DNA of 64,000 nucleotides from Pygmaiobacter massiliensis (GCA_022778585.1 JALFTI010000020.1:27501-91500), one strand, 5' to 3'; positions 35,731-45,834 are shown, counted from the first letter of the stretch. Program-made: numbers and translations. Notes: a model not told the origin generated them from the sequence alone.

Positions 35731-35825
35731 CCAGCAAATGTTTTTTTGCCAGCAAGCAACTTACCCAATGAACGGGAAAAGCATTTGTACATTTGTCCAA
35801 AATTTACATTTGTTTTGGTATCACA

Positions 35826-35875
35826 TTGCAAAAATAAGCAAAATCCGCTATTATAAGCATATAACGATATATAAC
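35826..35875 (+). promoter_or_regulatory. frlD-like gene promoter plus ATATAAC x2 operator-like direct repeat
   Basis: TTGCAA (35826)-17 nt-TATTAT (35849). ATATAAC occurs at 35859-35865 and 35869-35875, a 10-bp phasing just downstream of the -10. Confidence 0.45.
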
Positions 35876-35927
35876 AAATGCGGCTGGGGCGCACCGAACC
35901 GCACAACGCAAAATGGAGGAAGTTACA

Positions 35928-36842
35928 ATGGTGAAACTGTTAGGTCTGGGCGACAATGTCTGTGATGTTTATCTGCACACCCGCACCATGTACCCGGGCG
36001 GCCAGGCGGTGAATGTGGCGGTGTATGCCAAAGGGCTGGGTGCCGACAGCGCTTTTTTGGGGGTGCACGGCAACGATGCGGTAGCCGCCCATGTGCTGGC
36101 TACCCTGGACGAAAAAGGGGTGGATCATTCCCGTTCCCGTCAGTTTGAAGGGGAGAATGGCTTTGCCTGCGTAAGCCTGGTGGAAGGCGACCGGGTGTTT
36201 ATGGGCAGCAATAAGGGCGGCATTATTCAGCAGCATCCCATTGTGCTGGACGAAGCGGACCTTGCCTATATTAAAGGATTTGATGTGGTACATACCACCA
36301 ACAATGGCTTTTTGGATGGCGAGCTACCTAAGCTGAAAGGCCTTGGACCTTTGGTGAGCTACGACTTTTCCGGCCGCTGGGTAGAAGAGGACCGCCAGGA
36401 CCGCGTTTGCCCGTATATTGATTTTGGTCTGGTTTCCTGCGGTGACCTGCCCGAAGAGATGGTGCTGGAACTGTGCCACAAACTGCACAACAAGGGCTGC
36501 GGTGTGGTTTTGGCCACCCGCGGCAGCGAAGGCGCTTTCGTGTATGACGGCACCACCGTGTTCCGTCAGCCGCCCAAGCTGGTAAAACCGGTGGATACCA
36601 TGGGCGCTGGCGACAGCTTTGCCGCCAATACCCTGGTGAAGGTGGCCGAGGTTTTGGAACGGGACGGCCGCGAAAAATGGGCGGATCCCGTCTACCGTGC
36701 ACATGTGATGCCGGCCATTTTGGAATCTTCCGCTGAATATTCGGCGAAAAACTGCCTGGTACACGGCGCGTTTGACTGCGGCGTGGGGGTACCGCCTTCC
36801 ATGTATGCCCGCATTGCAGAGCTGACCGGCGTGGTACTGTAA
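35928..36842 (+). CDS. PfkB family sugar kinase (fructoselysine 6-kinase FrlD-like)
   Basis: GGAGGAAG lies 5 nt upstream of ATG 35928. Contains MVKLLGLGDNVCDVYLH...YPGGQAVNVAVYA and the C-terminal anion-hole motif DTMGAGDSF. Confidence 0.8.
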   Translation: MVKLLGLGDNVCDVYLHTRTMYPGGQAVNVAVYAKGLGADSAFLGVHGNDAVAAHVLATLDEKGVDHSRSRQFEGENGFACVSLVEGDRVFMGSNKGGIIQQHPIVLDEADLAYIKGFDVVHTTNNGFLDGELPKLKGLGPLVSYDFSGRWVEEDRQDRVCPYIDFGLVSCGDLPEEMVLELCHKLHNKGCGVVLATRGSEGAFVYDGTTVFRQPPKLVKPVDTMGAGDSFAANTLVKVAEVLERDGREKWADPVYRAHVMPAILESSAEYSAKNCLVHGAFDCGVGVPPSMYARIAELTGVVL

Positions 36843-37037
36843 CGCATAAAGCCTTTTTGTGCTTTCCCGGCTTTATGTACCGCGGGGTGTATGAATGGCC
36901 CTGCAGGGACAGCAAAGGCTTTTAAGGGCCGGGTGTGCGCAGCTTAGTGCAAAAAACTTGTTTTTGTACTTTTTGCGGCAAGGCGCATGGCAAACCAAAA
37001 TTTTAGAAAAATTTTGCCCCAAACTGCTCCAAAAGGC

Positions 37038-37099
37038 TTGACAGCCCTGCAGAAATCGTTTATAGTACAGGTGTAAAGGTTATATAACATTATATAACC
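37038..37099 (+). promoter_or_regulatory. frlB-like gene promoter plus perfect 10-2-10 palindrome operator candidate
   Basis: TTGACA (37038)-17 nt-TATAGT (37061). GGTTATATAA-CA-TTATATAACC lies at 37078-37099, also readable as two 10-bp direct repeats of TTATATAAC. Confidence 0.55.
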
Positions 37100-37153
37100 A
37101 ATAAAAATTGAGCACAGCTGCCCGGCAGCCGTCTCCCAAACATTGAGAAAGGA

Positions 37154-38167
37154 ATGACGAACATGATCAAAGGTATGCAGGAAGTCATCGATGTAATGGA
37201 AAAGGTCAAAGCCGATTTCGAAAAAGTGGAAGGCGGCCTGAAAAATGTGATCTTTGTCGCCTGCGGCGGCTCGCTGGCCTCCAGCTATCCTGCCCGCTAC
37301 CTGCTGAATGCGGAAAGCACCAACCTGCGTGTGGCCGGCTATAATTCCAACGAGTTTGTCTATGCCACCCCCAAATGTGTGGGCAAGAACACCCTGGTCA
37401 TCTGCACCTCCACCAAGGCCACTGCCGAAACGGTGGACGCTGTGGTGAAAGCCCGCAGCCTGGGTGCTGTTACCATTGGCCTGACCGGCTATGCCGACAG
37501 CCTGACCGCCCAGAGCGCGCAGTACTTTATTACTTACTACCATGCTGACGAGTGGTATCAGGACCCGACCCTGGTACACTGCAACAGCCAGGGCACCGCT
37601 TTGAAGATTGCTTTCTGGCTGCTGAAGGAGTATGACAACTACGCAAACTACGACAAGGCTTTGGAAGCTTTTGAGAAAATGCCCGAAATTTACGGCGCTG
37701 CTTATAAGAACCTGAAGCCCGCCGCCGCCAAGTTTGCCATGACCTACAAGGATGACACCATCTGGAATGTTATGGGTTCCGGCGCCGCCTGGGAGGCTGT
37801 CTACTCCGACGCTTTCTGCTTCTTCCAGGAGATGCAGACCGTTCACTGCGTGCCCATCCACTCCGGCGAGTATTTCCACGGTGCTTTCGAGACGACCGAC
37901 AAGGACCTGGCGATTTTGCTGCTGAAGAGCGTTGGCCGTACCCGTTACCTGGACGAGCGCGCCGAAAAGTTCCTGGATCAGTTCGCTGGCCATCACTATG
38001 TGATCGACGCCAAGGAGCTGGGCCTGGATACTCTGGACGAGTCGGTGGCCGAGTACTTCAACGCCATGCTTATCCATCCCATCACCAAGCAGTTCATTGC
38101 GGCTATGGGCGATGTGCGTATGCACCCGATGAGCTACCGCCGTTACATGTGGAAGTTCGACTATTAA
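37154..38167 (+). CDS. SIS domain protein (fructoselysine-6-phosphate deglycase FrlB-like)
   Basis: Contains NVIFVACGGSLASSYPARY and ...LVICTSTKATAETV (SIS motifs). The C-terminus HPMSYRRYMWKFDY resembles the FrlB end. The start may be ATG 37163, which has better SD spacing. Confidence 0.85.
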   Translation: MTNMIKGMQEVIDVMEKVKADFEKVEGGLKNVIFVACGGSLASSYPARYLLNAESTNLRVAGYNSNEFVYATPKCVGKNTLVICTSTKATAETVDAVVKARSLGAVTIGLTGYADSLTAQSAQYFITYYHADEWYQDPTLVHCNSQGTALKIAFWLLKEYDNYANYDKALEAFEKMPEIYGAAYKNLKPAAAKFAMTYKDDTIWNVMGSGAAWEAVYSDAFCFFQEMQTVHCVPIHSGEYFHGAFETTDKDLAILLLKSVGRTRYLDERAEKFLDQFAGHHYVIDAKELGLDTLDESVAEYFNAMLIHPITKQFIAAMGDVRMHPMSYRRYMWKFDY

Positions 38168-38290
38168 TTGATAGTCGGGCTGGTTTAAAAAGTCTCTCCA
38201 GTCAGGGGGCCGCGCTTTGGGCGCGGCCCTTTGCTTTTATGCTGCAGCAAACAGGTTTGTGCAGATGGAAAAAAGAAATGTAAAAAACCG

Positions 38291-38319
38291 TTGTGATTTT
38301 GTATATAACATGATAAGAT
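38291..38319 (+). promoter_or_regulatory. promoter of the GntR regulator gene with one GTATATAAC motif in the spacer
   Basis: TTGTGA (38291)-17 nt-TAAGAT (38314). GTATATAAC lies at 38301-38309. Confidence 0.4.
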
Positions 38320-38383
38320 GTTTGAGGAGAGTATAGCCCAAAGGGCGCCGTATGCGGTTTTTCCCAAAAGGAGTGAACAGTTC

Positions 38384-39103
38384 ATGTTAGACCACGACAG
38401 CATCGTACCCCTGTATGAGCAGATTATGCAGGCGATTCGGGCTGAGATCCATAATGGTCAGTTTGAAGGGCAGAAAAAGCTGCCCACCGAGGAAGAGCTG
38501 AGCGAAAAATATAAGGTCAGCCGTATTACCATACGCCGGGCCGTTTCGGAATTGGCCGCCCAGGGCCTGGTAGAAAAAAAGCAGGGCAAGGGCACCTTTG
38601 TATGCAGCCCCAAGCTGTATAAAACCCTGAACCACCCGGGTATGAGCTTTACCGAAATTTGTGCTGCCAACGGTATGAAGGCCAGCGCCCGCATTTTAAA
38701 AGCGGGGCCGGTTACCCCCGAAGACCCGCAGGTGCTGGAATGGTTGGGCCTGGAAAAAGGGCAGCAGGCGGTGCGCATATTGCGGCTGCGGTATGCCGAT
38801 GACCGCCCGCTGGTTGTGGAAGATAACCATTTTCCCATGGAGTACGCTTACCTTTTAAATATGGACCTGGAGCATGACTCCATCTACCGCTATCTGCGGG
38901 AGGAAAAGGGGATTGGTATTACAGCCGGGGAACTGACTTTGCGCCTGGTGCGGGCCGACGCCCGGACCGCCCGGCTGCTGGAGGTGCCCCGCGGCACCCC
39001 CATGCTGCGCATGGCGGGCTGTACCCGCCGCACGGATGGAAGTATTCTTCACACCTGCCATCAGGTAGGGTATGGTGAGGATTTTGACTTTATTTTGCGG
39101 TAA
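38384..39103 (+). CDS. GntR family transcriptional regulator, HutC/UTRA subfamily (FrlR-like)
   Basis: AGGAG RBS. Contains PLYEQIMQAIRAEIHNGQFEGQKKLPTEEELSEKYKVSRITIRRAVSELAAQGLVEKKQGKGTFV and a UTRA effector domain. Confidence 0.9.
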   Translation: MLDHDSIVPLYEQIMQAIRAEIHNGQFEGQKKLPTEEELSEKYKVSRITIRRAVSELAAQGLVEKKQGKGTFVCSPKLYKTLNHPGMSFTEICAANGMKASARILKAGPVTPEDPQVLEWLGLEKGQQAVRILRLRYADDRPLVVEDNHFPMEYAYLLNMDLEHDSIYRYLREEKGIGITAGELTLRLVRADARTARLLEVPRGTPMLRMAGCTRRTDGSILHTCHQVGYGEDFDFILR

Positions 39104-39454
39104 AGTGCTTGTGCTTTGCATCGGTTTTGGCAAAGAAAGAAAAACGCCCGTTTGTACCCTGCGGTATAAGCGGGCGTTTTGTATGTGAAAAAACGCTCTG
39201 TTTTGTATTTGGGGCAAAACCGGGGTAAAAAAGATGTTCGGGACTTAAGCTGCTCAAAGCCTGCTGGGGGCCGGTATACCCAAACAGGGCAAAATAAAAA
39301 TTTTTAAAAGGTACAGGGTAACCGGTACACCGGCGCTGTAAAATGCAAAAAAGCGTTCTGCCGGTTGGACAAGCGCACAAGGGCAGGTTATACTGGTAGA
39401 TGGAAAATATGCTGGGTCCGGCAGACAGGCCGGTCCTGGAAGGCGGGAAACAAA

Positions 39455-40762
39455 ATGGTTTTTTTACTGTTTTTGGCGGTATTGGTGCTGTGTGTGGCTT
39501 TCAACTGGTCCATTATATGGGCACTGGCGGCTGGTTTGGTGCTGTTTTTCGGCAAGGCCTGCAAACAGGGGTTTCATCCGGGCAGTGTGTGGAAAATGGC
39601 CTGGTCGGGAATGATGAAGACCCGAACGGTTATCTGGATGTTTCTTTTCATTGGTATGGTTACGGGTGTGTGGAGGGCCTGCGGAACCATTCCATGGATT
39701 GTGTCGGTCAGCGCACAGGCTGTCTCGCCTCAGTTTTTTGTGCTGTCGGCCTTCCTTTTGTCTGCCCTCATGTCCATTCTAACCGGAACCAGCCTGGGGA
39801 CGGTCAGTACCATGGGCACGGTGTTGATGATTATTGCATCGGCCAATGGGGCAAACGCCGGTATAACAGCCGGGGCGGTTATATCCGGGGCATATGTGGG
39901 GGACAGGGCGTCTCCCATGTCCTCCTGCGCGCGGCTAATGGGCGAATGCGTGGGAAACGATTACTATGACAATATTGGCATTTGGGTAAAAACAGCCATC
40001 CTTCCGGTGGCGGTGTGCTGTGTGGCGTATGGCGTATGCCGTACCGGTACACAGGGCGGGCAGGCGCAGGTACTGGGGCTTTTGCAAAAACAGTTTGTTA
40101 TGCACCCAAGCCTAGTTTTGCCGGCGGTGCTTATTTTGGTTTTGTCGGTGGCAAAGGTGCCTGTTCGGCTTACCATGGCGCTTTCCGCGGGGCTTGCCTT
40201 TGTGCTTGGCATACTGGTGCAAAAGCTTTCCGTTTGGCAGCTTTTTTCTTCTATGCTGGTTGGCTACCACCTTCAGGCCGATAACCCTTTGGCCGGCATG
40301 ATCAATGGCGGCGGTATAACCAGTATGCTGCGGGCCGGATTTATTGTGCTGTTTTCCGGCGCTTATGCGGGCATATTTGAAGGAACCGGTATGATGGATT
40401 GGGCCAAAGATTTTACAACAAAAGCCAGCTGCCGTATGGGGGTGTTTCCGGTCACATTGGCATTTAGCATTCTGCTGTGCGCGGTTAGCTGCAACCAAAG
40501 CCTGGCCTTAATGCTTACAAGCCAATTGTGCGGTCATAACTATGCAGACCCAAAAGATCAGGCAGCGGACCTGGCCAATACCTCCTGCCTGATTCCGGGC
40601 TTAATTCCCTGGAGCATTGCAAGTGCCATTCCGCTGAGTGTGCTGGGGGTGCAGGCATCCTGCCTTGTCTTTGCTGTGTATTTGTGGGGTTCGCCGCTCT
40701 GCCATCTTTTGTGGCGCCTGCACCGGCCTGTAAAAATGCCGCAGGCAGAAAAACTGACATAG
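39455..40762 (+). CDS. Na+/H+ antiporter NhaC family transporter
   Basis: About 435 aa, polytopic. MVFLLFLAVLVLCVAFNWSIIWALAAGLVLFF..., resembles the NhaC family. Substrate unknown. Confidence 0.8.
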   Translation: MVFLLFLAVLVLCVAFNWSIIWALAAGLVLFFGKACKQGFHPGSVWKMAWSGMMKTRTVIWMFLFIGMVTGVWRACGTIPWIVSVSAQAVSPQFFVLSAFLLSALMSILTGTSLGTVSTMGTVLMIIASANGANAGITAGAVISGAYVGDRASPMSSCARLMGECVGNDYYDNIGIWVKTAILPVAVCCVAYGVCRTGTQGGQAQVLGLLQKQFVMHPSLVLPAVLILVLSVAKVPVRLTMALSAGLAFVLGILVQKLSVWQLFSSMLVGYHLQADNPLAGMINGGGITSMLRAGFIVLFSGAYAGIFEGTGMMDWAKDFTTKASCRMGVFPVTLAFSILLCAVSCNQSLALMLTSQLCGHNYADPKDQAADLANTSCLIPGLIPWSIASAIPLSVLGVQASCLVFAVYLWGSPLCHLLWRLHRPVKMPQAEKLT

Positions 40763-40818
40763 TCTTTTTAGTACTTTTTGACCAAGCGAAATACAGCGGT
40801 TAGCGTGTTGCAAAAATC

Positions 40819-40847
40819 TTGACAGTGTTTGTGCAGAATGATATATT
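40819..40847 (+). promoter_or_regulatory. sigma-70-type promoter of ilvE
   Basis: TTGACA (40819)-17 nt-TATATT (40842), with TG at 40839-40840 giving an extended -10. Confidence 0.6.
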
Positions 40848-40963
40848 TTAAGATAATAAAATTGGAAACAGGGGTCAGAAGATCGGCGATGCATTCGGTT
40901 TTCCTGCCCATGCTTCGCTGAAACGCTCCGCCGGTGCGGACCACAGGAAAGGAAGAACGGAAG

Positions 40964-41989
40964 ATGGAAAAGAAAAATATCGATTGGGCAAACCTGGACT
41001 TCAGCTATCGGCCCACCAATATGCGGTATGTGGCCAACTGGAAGGACGGCAAATGGGACGAAGGCGGCCTGACGGCAGATGATAAGGTCGTCATTAGCGA
41101 GTGCGCCGGTGTTTTGCAGTACAGCCAGTCCTGCTTTGAGGGCTTGAAAGCCTACACCACCGAAAAGGGTCAGATCGTTATCTTCCGCCCGGACCTGAAC
41201 GCTTCTCGCATGGCAGATTCCTGCCGGCGTTTGGAAATGCCCGTTTTCCCCGAGGATAAATGGGTGGACGCAGTGGTACAGACGGTACGCGCCAATGCCG
41301 ATTATGTGCCGCCCTATGGCACTGGTGCTACCTTGTATATTCGCCCGTATATGTTCGGTTCCGGGCCGGTTATCGGCGTAAAGCCCGCAAGCGAATACCA
41401 GTTCAGGGTGTTCACCACACCGGTAGGCCCCTATTTTAAAGGCGGCGCAAAGCCCATCACCATCTGTGTGTCCGACTTTGACCGGGCAGCTCCCCATGGC
41501 ACCGGCCATATTAAAGCGGGGCTGAACTATGCTATGAGCCTGCACGCCATTATGGTGGCCCACGAGAATGGCTTTGCCGAGAACATGTATCTGGATGCCG
41601 CCACCCGCACCAATGTGGAGGAAACCGGCGGCGCCAACTTCATCTTTATCACCAAGGACGGCAAGCTGGTTACTCCCAAGTCTTCCACGATTCTGCCCTC
41701 TATTACCCGCCGTTCGCTTATGTATGTAGCGAAGGAGTACCTGGGCATGGAGGTAGAGGAGCGCACCGTGCCGTTTGCCGAGGTGAGCGAGATGGCCGAG
41801 TGCGGTTTGTGCGGCACCGCTGCGGTAATCTCGCCGGTGGGCAAGATTGTGGACCACGGCAAGGAAATCTGCCTGCCTTCCGGTATGGAGGAAATGGGCC
41901 CGGTTACCCGCAAGCTGTATGATACCCTGACTGGTATTCAGATGGGCCGCCTGGAAGCGCCCAAGGGCTGGATCAAGGTCATCGAGTAA
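40964..41989 (+). CDS. ilvE: branched-chain amino acid aminotransferase
   Basis: MEKKNIDWANLDFSYRPTNMRYVANWKDGKWDEGGL...CFEGLKAYTTEKGQIVIFRPDLNASRM is the long-form class IV BCAT. About 341 aa. Confidence 0.95.
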   Translation: MEKKNIDWANLDFSYRPTNMRYVANWKDGKWDEGGLTADDKVVISECAGVLQYSQSCFEGLKAYTTEKGQIVIFRPDLNASRMADSCRRLEMPVFPEDKWVDAVVQTVRANADYVPPYGTGATLYIRPYMFGSGPVIGVKPASEYQFRVFTTPVGPYFKGGAKPITICVSDFDRAAPHGTGHIKAGLNYAMSLHAIMVAHENGFAENMYLDAATRTNVEETGGANFIFITKDGKLVTPKSSTILPSITRRSLMYVAKEYLGMEVEERTVPFAEVSEMAECGLCGTAAVISPVGKIVDHGKEICLPSGMEEMGPVTRKLYDTLTGIQMGRLEAPKGWIKVIE

Positions 41990-42088
41990 TCTGTTACCTA
42001 AAACGCCCGGTGCAGTTTTGCCGGGCGTTTTTGTTTTAGCCTGTTTTAACATCTGCCAAAGGTGCCAGAAATATGTGAGGAGAATGGT

Positions 42089-43272
42089 ATGGAATTTTGT
42101 TTTGCAAAGCGAATGGAGCAGCTGAAGCCCGGAATTTTTCAGCAGCTTGCCCAAAGAAAAAAACAGCTGGAACAGCAGGGAAAAGCGGTGTGCGATCTTT
42201 CGGTGGGCACACCGGATTTTGCCCCGCCGGCCCATGTTATGGAAGCGGTAAGCCGGGCGGCTTAAGCCCCCGAAAATTATAAGTATGCACTGGCCGACCT
42301 GCCCGAACTTGTCAGCGCCGTGTAGCAATGGTATCAAAGCAGGTATCAGGTAAAGCTTGAGCCGGAAGAGATTATGTCGATAAATGGTTCGCAGGAAGGG
42401 CTTGCGCATATTGCGCTTGCACTGTGCGATCCGGAAGATGTGGTGCTGGTGCCAAACCCTGGTTACCCCATCTTCCAAATGGGACCGTACCTGTGCGGCG
42501 CGCAAACGGTCTGTTACGACCTTCTGCCCGAAAATAACTACCTGCCAGACCTTGATGCCATTCCCGAACAGGTTGCACAGAAGGCAAAGGCCATGGTGGT
42601 TTCTTACCCCATGAATCCGCTGTGTGTAACCGCGCCACGCGCGTTTTATGAAAAGTTAATCGATTTTGCAAAAAATACGAGATTATGATTCTACACGACA
42701 ATGCTTATTCGGATATTGTGTACGATGGCGTGCAGGGCAGTTCGTTCCTTTCGGTTCCGGGCGCCATGGAGGTGGGGGTGGAATTCAACTCCCTTTCCAA
42801 AACCTACAACCTGACCGGTGCGCGCATTTCGTTTGTACTGGGCAACCGGCAGCTGATAAAGGCGTTTCGTACTCTGCGTTCGCAGATTGATTACGGCGTG
42901 TTTTTGCCGGTGCAGTATGCAGCCATAGCGGCGCTGAACGGCCCGCGAGACTATGTGCACAGCCAGTGTATGGAATACCAGGCCCGGCGCGATGCCTTGT
43001 GCGGCGGTCTGCGGTCGATTGGCTGGCAGCTGCCGGACAGCCAGGGCAGTATGTTTGTTTGGGCCCCGCTGCCCGACGGATATACCGACTCGATGGATTT
43101 TTGCCTGCAGCTTTTGGAAAAAGCCGGCGTGCTGTGTACGCCCGGTGCGGCTTTTGGCAGCCTGGGCGAAGGGCATGTGCGGTTTGCGCTGATAAAAACC
43201 CCGCAGCAGCTGCGCTGTACGGTAAAACAGATTGCAGAAAGCGGGATCATTCAGCAGGGCAGTGTAAAATGA
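42089..43272 (+). pseudogene. class I/II PLP-dependent aminotransferase, disrupted (2 in-frame stops + 1 frameshift)
   Basis: Homology is continuous across three ORF fragments (MEFCFAKRMEQLKPGIF...; ...INGSQEGLAHIALALCDPEDVVLVPNPGYP...; ...ILHDNAYSDIVYDG...NSLSKTYNLTGARI...). Lesions: TAA at 42263-42265, TAG at 42323-42325, and a 1-nt deficit in the A6 run at 42670-42675. Restoring one A gives FAKKYEIMILHDNAY. Confidence 0.8.
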
Positions 43273-43314
43273 AAGGGGTGCTTTGCCCCAAGGTGGAAGG
43301 AAAGAAGGAGCGAA

Positions 43315-44076
43315 ATGTCCATAAAACAAAAAGACCTGGCGCTTAAGCCTCATGTCGGCTGGACCGGCGCATTTCGGGCGGCTTTTCCCCGCACGCTGCC
43401 GGTGCTGACAGGCTATGCGTTTTTGGGAATGGCATTTGGAATTTTAATGCGCACCAAAGGGTATGGCCCGCTTTGGTCCGGCTTAATGAGCGCCCTGGCA
43501 TTTGGGGGCAGCATTCAGTATGCGGCGGTGGCCCTGCTTACCACCGCTTTTGACCCGCTGCAGGCCCTGCTTTTAAGCCTTATGGTCAACGCCAGGCATT
43601 TGTTCTATGGAATTGCCATGCTGCAAAAGTACCGGGGAGCAGGCAGGCTGAAGCCCGCTTTGATTTTCCTGTTGACCGATGAAACCTTTTCGGTCAATTG
43701 TGCGGCGCCCGTGCTGCCGGGTGTAAAACCCGCCCAGTTCTATTTTGCGGCTTCGGTGCTGGACTACCTGTATTGGGTACTGGCCAGCATTGCAGGGGGC
43801 TTTTTGGGCGGCGTTCTGCCCTTTGATACCACCGGCATTGATTTTGCGCTGACCGCTCTGTTTGTGGTTATTTGGCTGGAACAGCTTAAACAGCGTGAAA
43901 ACCGCATTCCGGCCGCAGTGGGGGCTTGCTGTTCGGCTGCTTGCTTGTGGCTGTTTGGGGCGGAAAGTTTTATTATTCCTTCCATGGTGGCCATCATGGC
44001 CCTGCTTTTGGCCCTTGCCAAACCGCTGGGCGGCAGTATGGAAGGCTCTGCAAAGGAGGAAAGCTCATGTACTTAA
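43315..44076 (+). CDS. azlC: AzlC family branched-chain amino acid exporter subunit
   Basis: RBS GAAGGAG. Contains FRAAFPRTLPVLTGYAFLGMAFGIL and multiple TM segments, typical of AzlC. Confidence 0.9.
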   Translation: MSIKQKDLALKPHVGWTGAFRAAFPRTLPVLTGYAFLGMAFGILMRTKGYGPLWSGLMSALAFGGSIQYAAVALLTTAFDPLQALLLSLMVNARHLFYGIAMLQKYRGAGRLKPALIFLLTDETFSVNCAAPVLPGVKPAQFYFAASVLDYLYWVLASIAGGFLGGVLPFDTTGIDFALTALFVVIWLEQLKQRENRIPAAVGACCSAACLWLFGAESFIIPSMVAIMALLLALAKPLGGSMEGSAKEESSCT

Positions 44077-44402
44077 CACCCTGGCAGACCTTTGTTATGA
44101 TTCTGGCGCTGGCTGCGGGCACCTTACTCACCCGCGCCCTGCCTTTTGTACTGTTTCCCGAAAACCGCCGCCCGCCGGCTGCTGTATATTACCTGGGTAG
44201 GGTGCTGCCCCCGGCTGTTATGGGGCTTTTGGTTGTTTACTGCTTAAAGGCAGTCCGCTTTACAGCTACACCCTATGGCTTGCCGGAGCTCATCTCCATT
44301 TTGGTGGTTTGCCTGCTGCATGCAGCAAAGCACAATACCCTGCTTTCCATTGTGGGCGGTACGGTTTGTTATATGCTGTTGGAACAGCGGTTTTTCGTGT
44401 AA
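44067..44402 (+). CDS. azlD: AzlD family branched-chain amino acid exporter small subunit
   Basis: AGGAGG lies upstream of ATG 44067, which overlaps the azlC end. 111 aa and hydrophobic (LTRALPFVLFP motif). Confidence 0.85.
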   Translation: MYLTPWQTFVMILALAAGTLLTRALPFVLFPENRRPPAAVYYLGRVLPPAVMGLLVVYCLKAVRFTATPYGLPELISILVVCLLHAAKHNTLLSIVGGTVCYMLLEQRFFV

Positions 44403-44430
44403 AAAGGACAATAAATAAAAACAAAATGGA

Positions 44431-44462
44431 AAAAACGCGCTGATTATACAGCGCGTTTTTTC
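44431..44462 (+). terminator. terminator after azlD
   Basis: AAAAAACGCGCTG-attata-CAGCGCGTTTTTT. Confidence 0.85.
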
Positions 44463-44907
44463 ATAGACCGCCGATTATTTGTCCAGCATTTCCATAAAGG
44501 AGGGAAAAAGGGGTAAAAAAACATTTTGCTTAAGGGGCATAGCCGGTAAAAACAGCTGCAATGTCTCAGTGTGGGAGTGCCTTCGGGAGTATTTTACAAA
44601 AAGGCCCTACGATATAAACAAATAGTATTAAAATATATAAATATACAAAAATGTGGTCTGTTTTTACAAAGCCAGACAAATGTAGTGGGCTTTTTTGCAC
44701 AAAAGGCAGCGGCGAAATCGAAACCGGCAGGCGGCGTAAAAAAGTGCAAAATCAGGCGAAATTTGTTCGAATGGTGTCTTGTAATTATGAAAAAATAATG
44801 CTATATTATATTTTCAACCTGTGGCCAAAACGGCAGGCAGCGGCTGCAGGTTTTATAAAGCTGTTATGATATTAAAAGCAATCTCGATGCAAAAAGGAGA
44901 GGGCAGA

Positions 44908-45834
44908 ATGGGGCAGTATGTCACAGGGATAGGCGGGGCGAATATCGACCTGCATGGCAGTTCTGTCAATCCCATTGTCATGCGGGACTCAAACCCCGGG
45001 CATCTGCACACCTCGCTTGGAGGAGTTACCCGCAATATTCTGGATAACCTGGCCCGGCTGGGGGTAGCGGTGAAACTGTGCAGCGCGGTGGGGAAGGATA
45101 TTTTTGGCGACGCCATTTTGGCCGGCTGTGAACGGTTTGGAATTGACACCAGCCCGACGGCCCAGGTGGAAGGGGCGCGTTCCTCCTGCTATTTGTCGGT
45201 TATGGACGACAGCGGCGATATGCTGGTGGCAATGAGCGATATGTCCATTATGAAGGGGATGGGCGCTTCGTTTGTGGAGCAGCGTTTACCTGTTATAAAC
45301 GGCGGTGCGTTGGCCGTGTGTGACGGCAACCTTTCCCGGGAAGCAATGGAGTGTTTGACCGGCCGCGCAACCGTGCCGCTTTTTTGGGACCCGGTTTCCA
45401 CTGCCTGGGCGCGCCAGCATGCGGACCTGGTGGGGCGGTTTGACACCATAAAGCCCAACCAGCTGGAAATGGAGGTGCTGGCGGGCGGTACCATTCGGGA
45501 TGAACAGGACCTTTCGGATGCGTGCGACCGTCTGCTTTGCCGCGGTACCCGGCATATTTTTGTCAGCCGCGGGGCGCAGGGCATTTATTATAAAGGCATA
45601 GACGGCCAGGTAAGCCGTGCAAGCCGGCCGTTTAACCGGGTGGCAAACGCCACCGGCGCAGGGGATGCCACCATGGCCAGCCTTATTTACAGCCGCCTGG
45701 CAGGCGCGTTGCCAGGGCCAACCGTTTCGTTTGCACTGGCCGCCGGCATTGCCGCCATTGCCAGTACGGATACCATCAACCCAGGCATGAGCGTTTCGCT
45801 TGTAAAAAGTTATGAAAAGGAGTATGTGTTATGA
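44908..45834 (+). CDS. psuK: PfkB family kinase (pseudouridine kinase PsuK/YeiC-like)
   Basis: RBS AAAGGAGAGGG. Starts MGQYVTGIGGANIDLHGSS and contains ...NATGAGDATMAS. Translationally coupled to psuG. Confidence 0.8.
   Translation: MGQYVTGIGGANIDLHGSSVNPIVMRDSNPGHLHTSLGGVTRNILDNLARLGVAVKLCSAVGKDIFGDAILAGCERFGIDTSPTAQVEGARSSCYLSVMDDSGDMLVAMSDMSIMKGMGASFVEQRLPVINGGALAVCDGNLSREAMECLTGRATVPLFWDPVSTAWARQHADLVGRFDTIKPNQLEMEVLAGGTIRDEQDLSDACDRLLCRGTRHIFVSRGAQGIYYKGIDGQVSRASRPFNRVANATGAGDATMASLIYSRLAGALPGPTVSFALAAGIAAIASTDTINPGMSVSLVKSYEKEYVL

Noticed and set aside
35675-35776. 33-codon ORF (MFSIRGNDRQAVVSSFF...) in the candidate sRNA as a type I toxin or small protein
   Set aside because: SD-to-ATG spacing is only ~3 nt, and the ORF reads through the terminator stem. 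It is not hydrophobic like type I toxins.
40601-42505. 634-aa minus-strand ORF antisense to ilvE and the start of the aminotransferase pseudogene
   Set aside because: Same reasoning. It crosses a promoter region and two genes on the other strand, and the translation shows no family signature.
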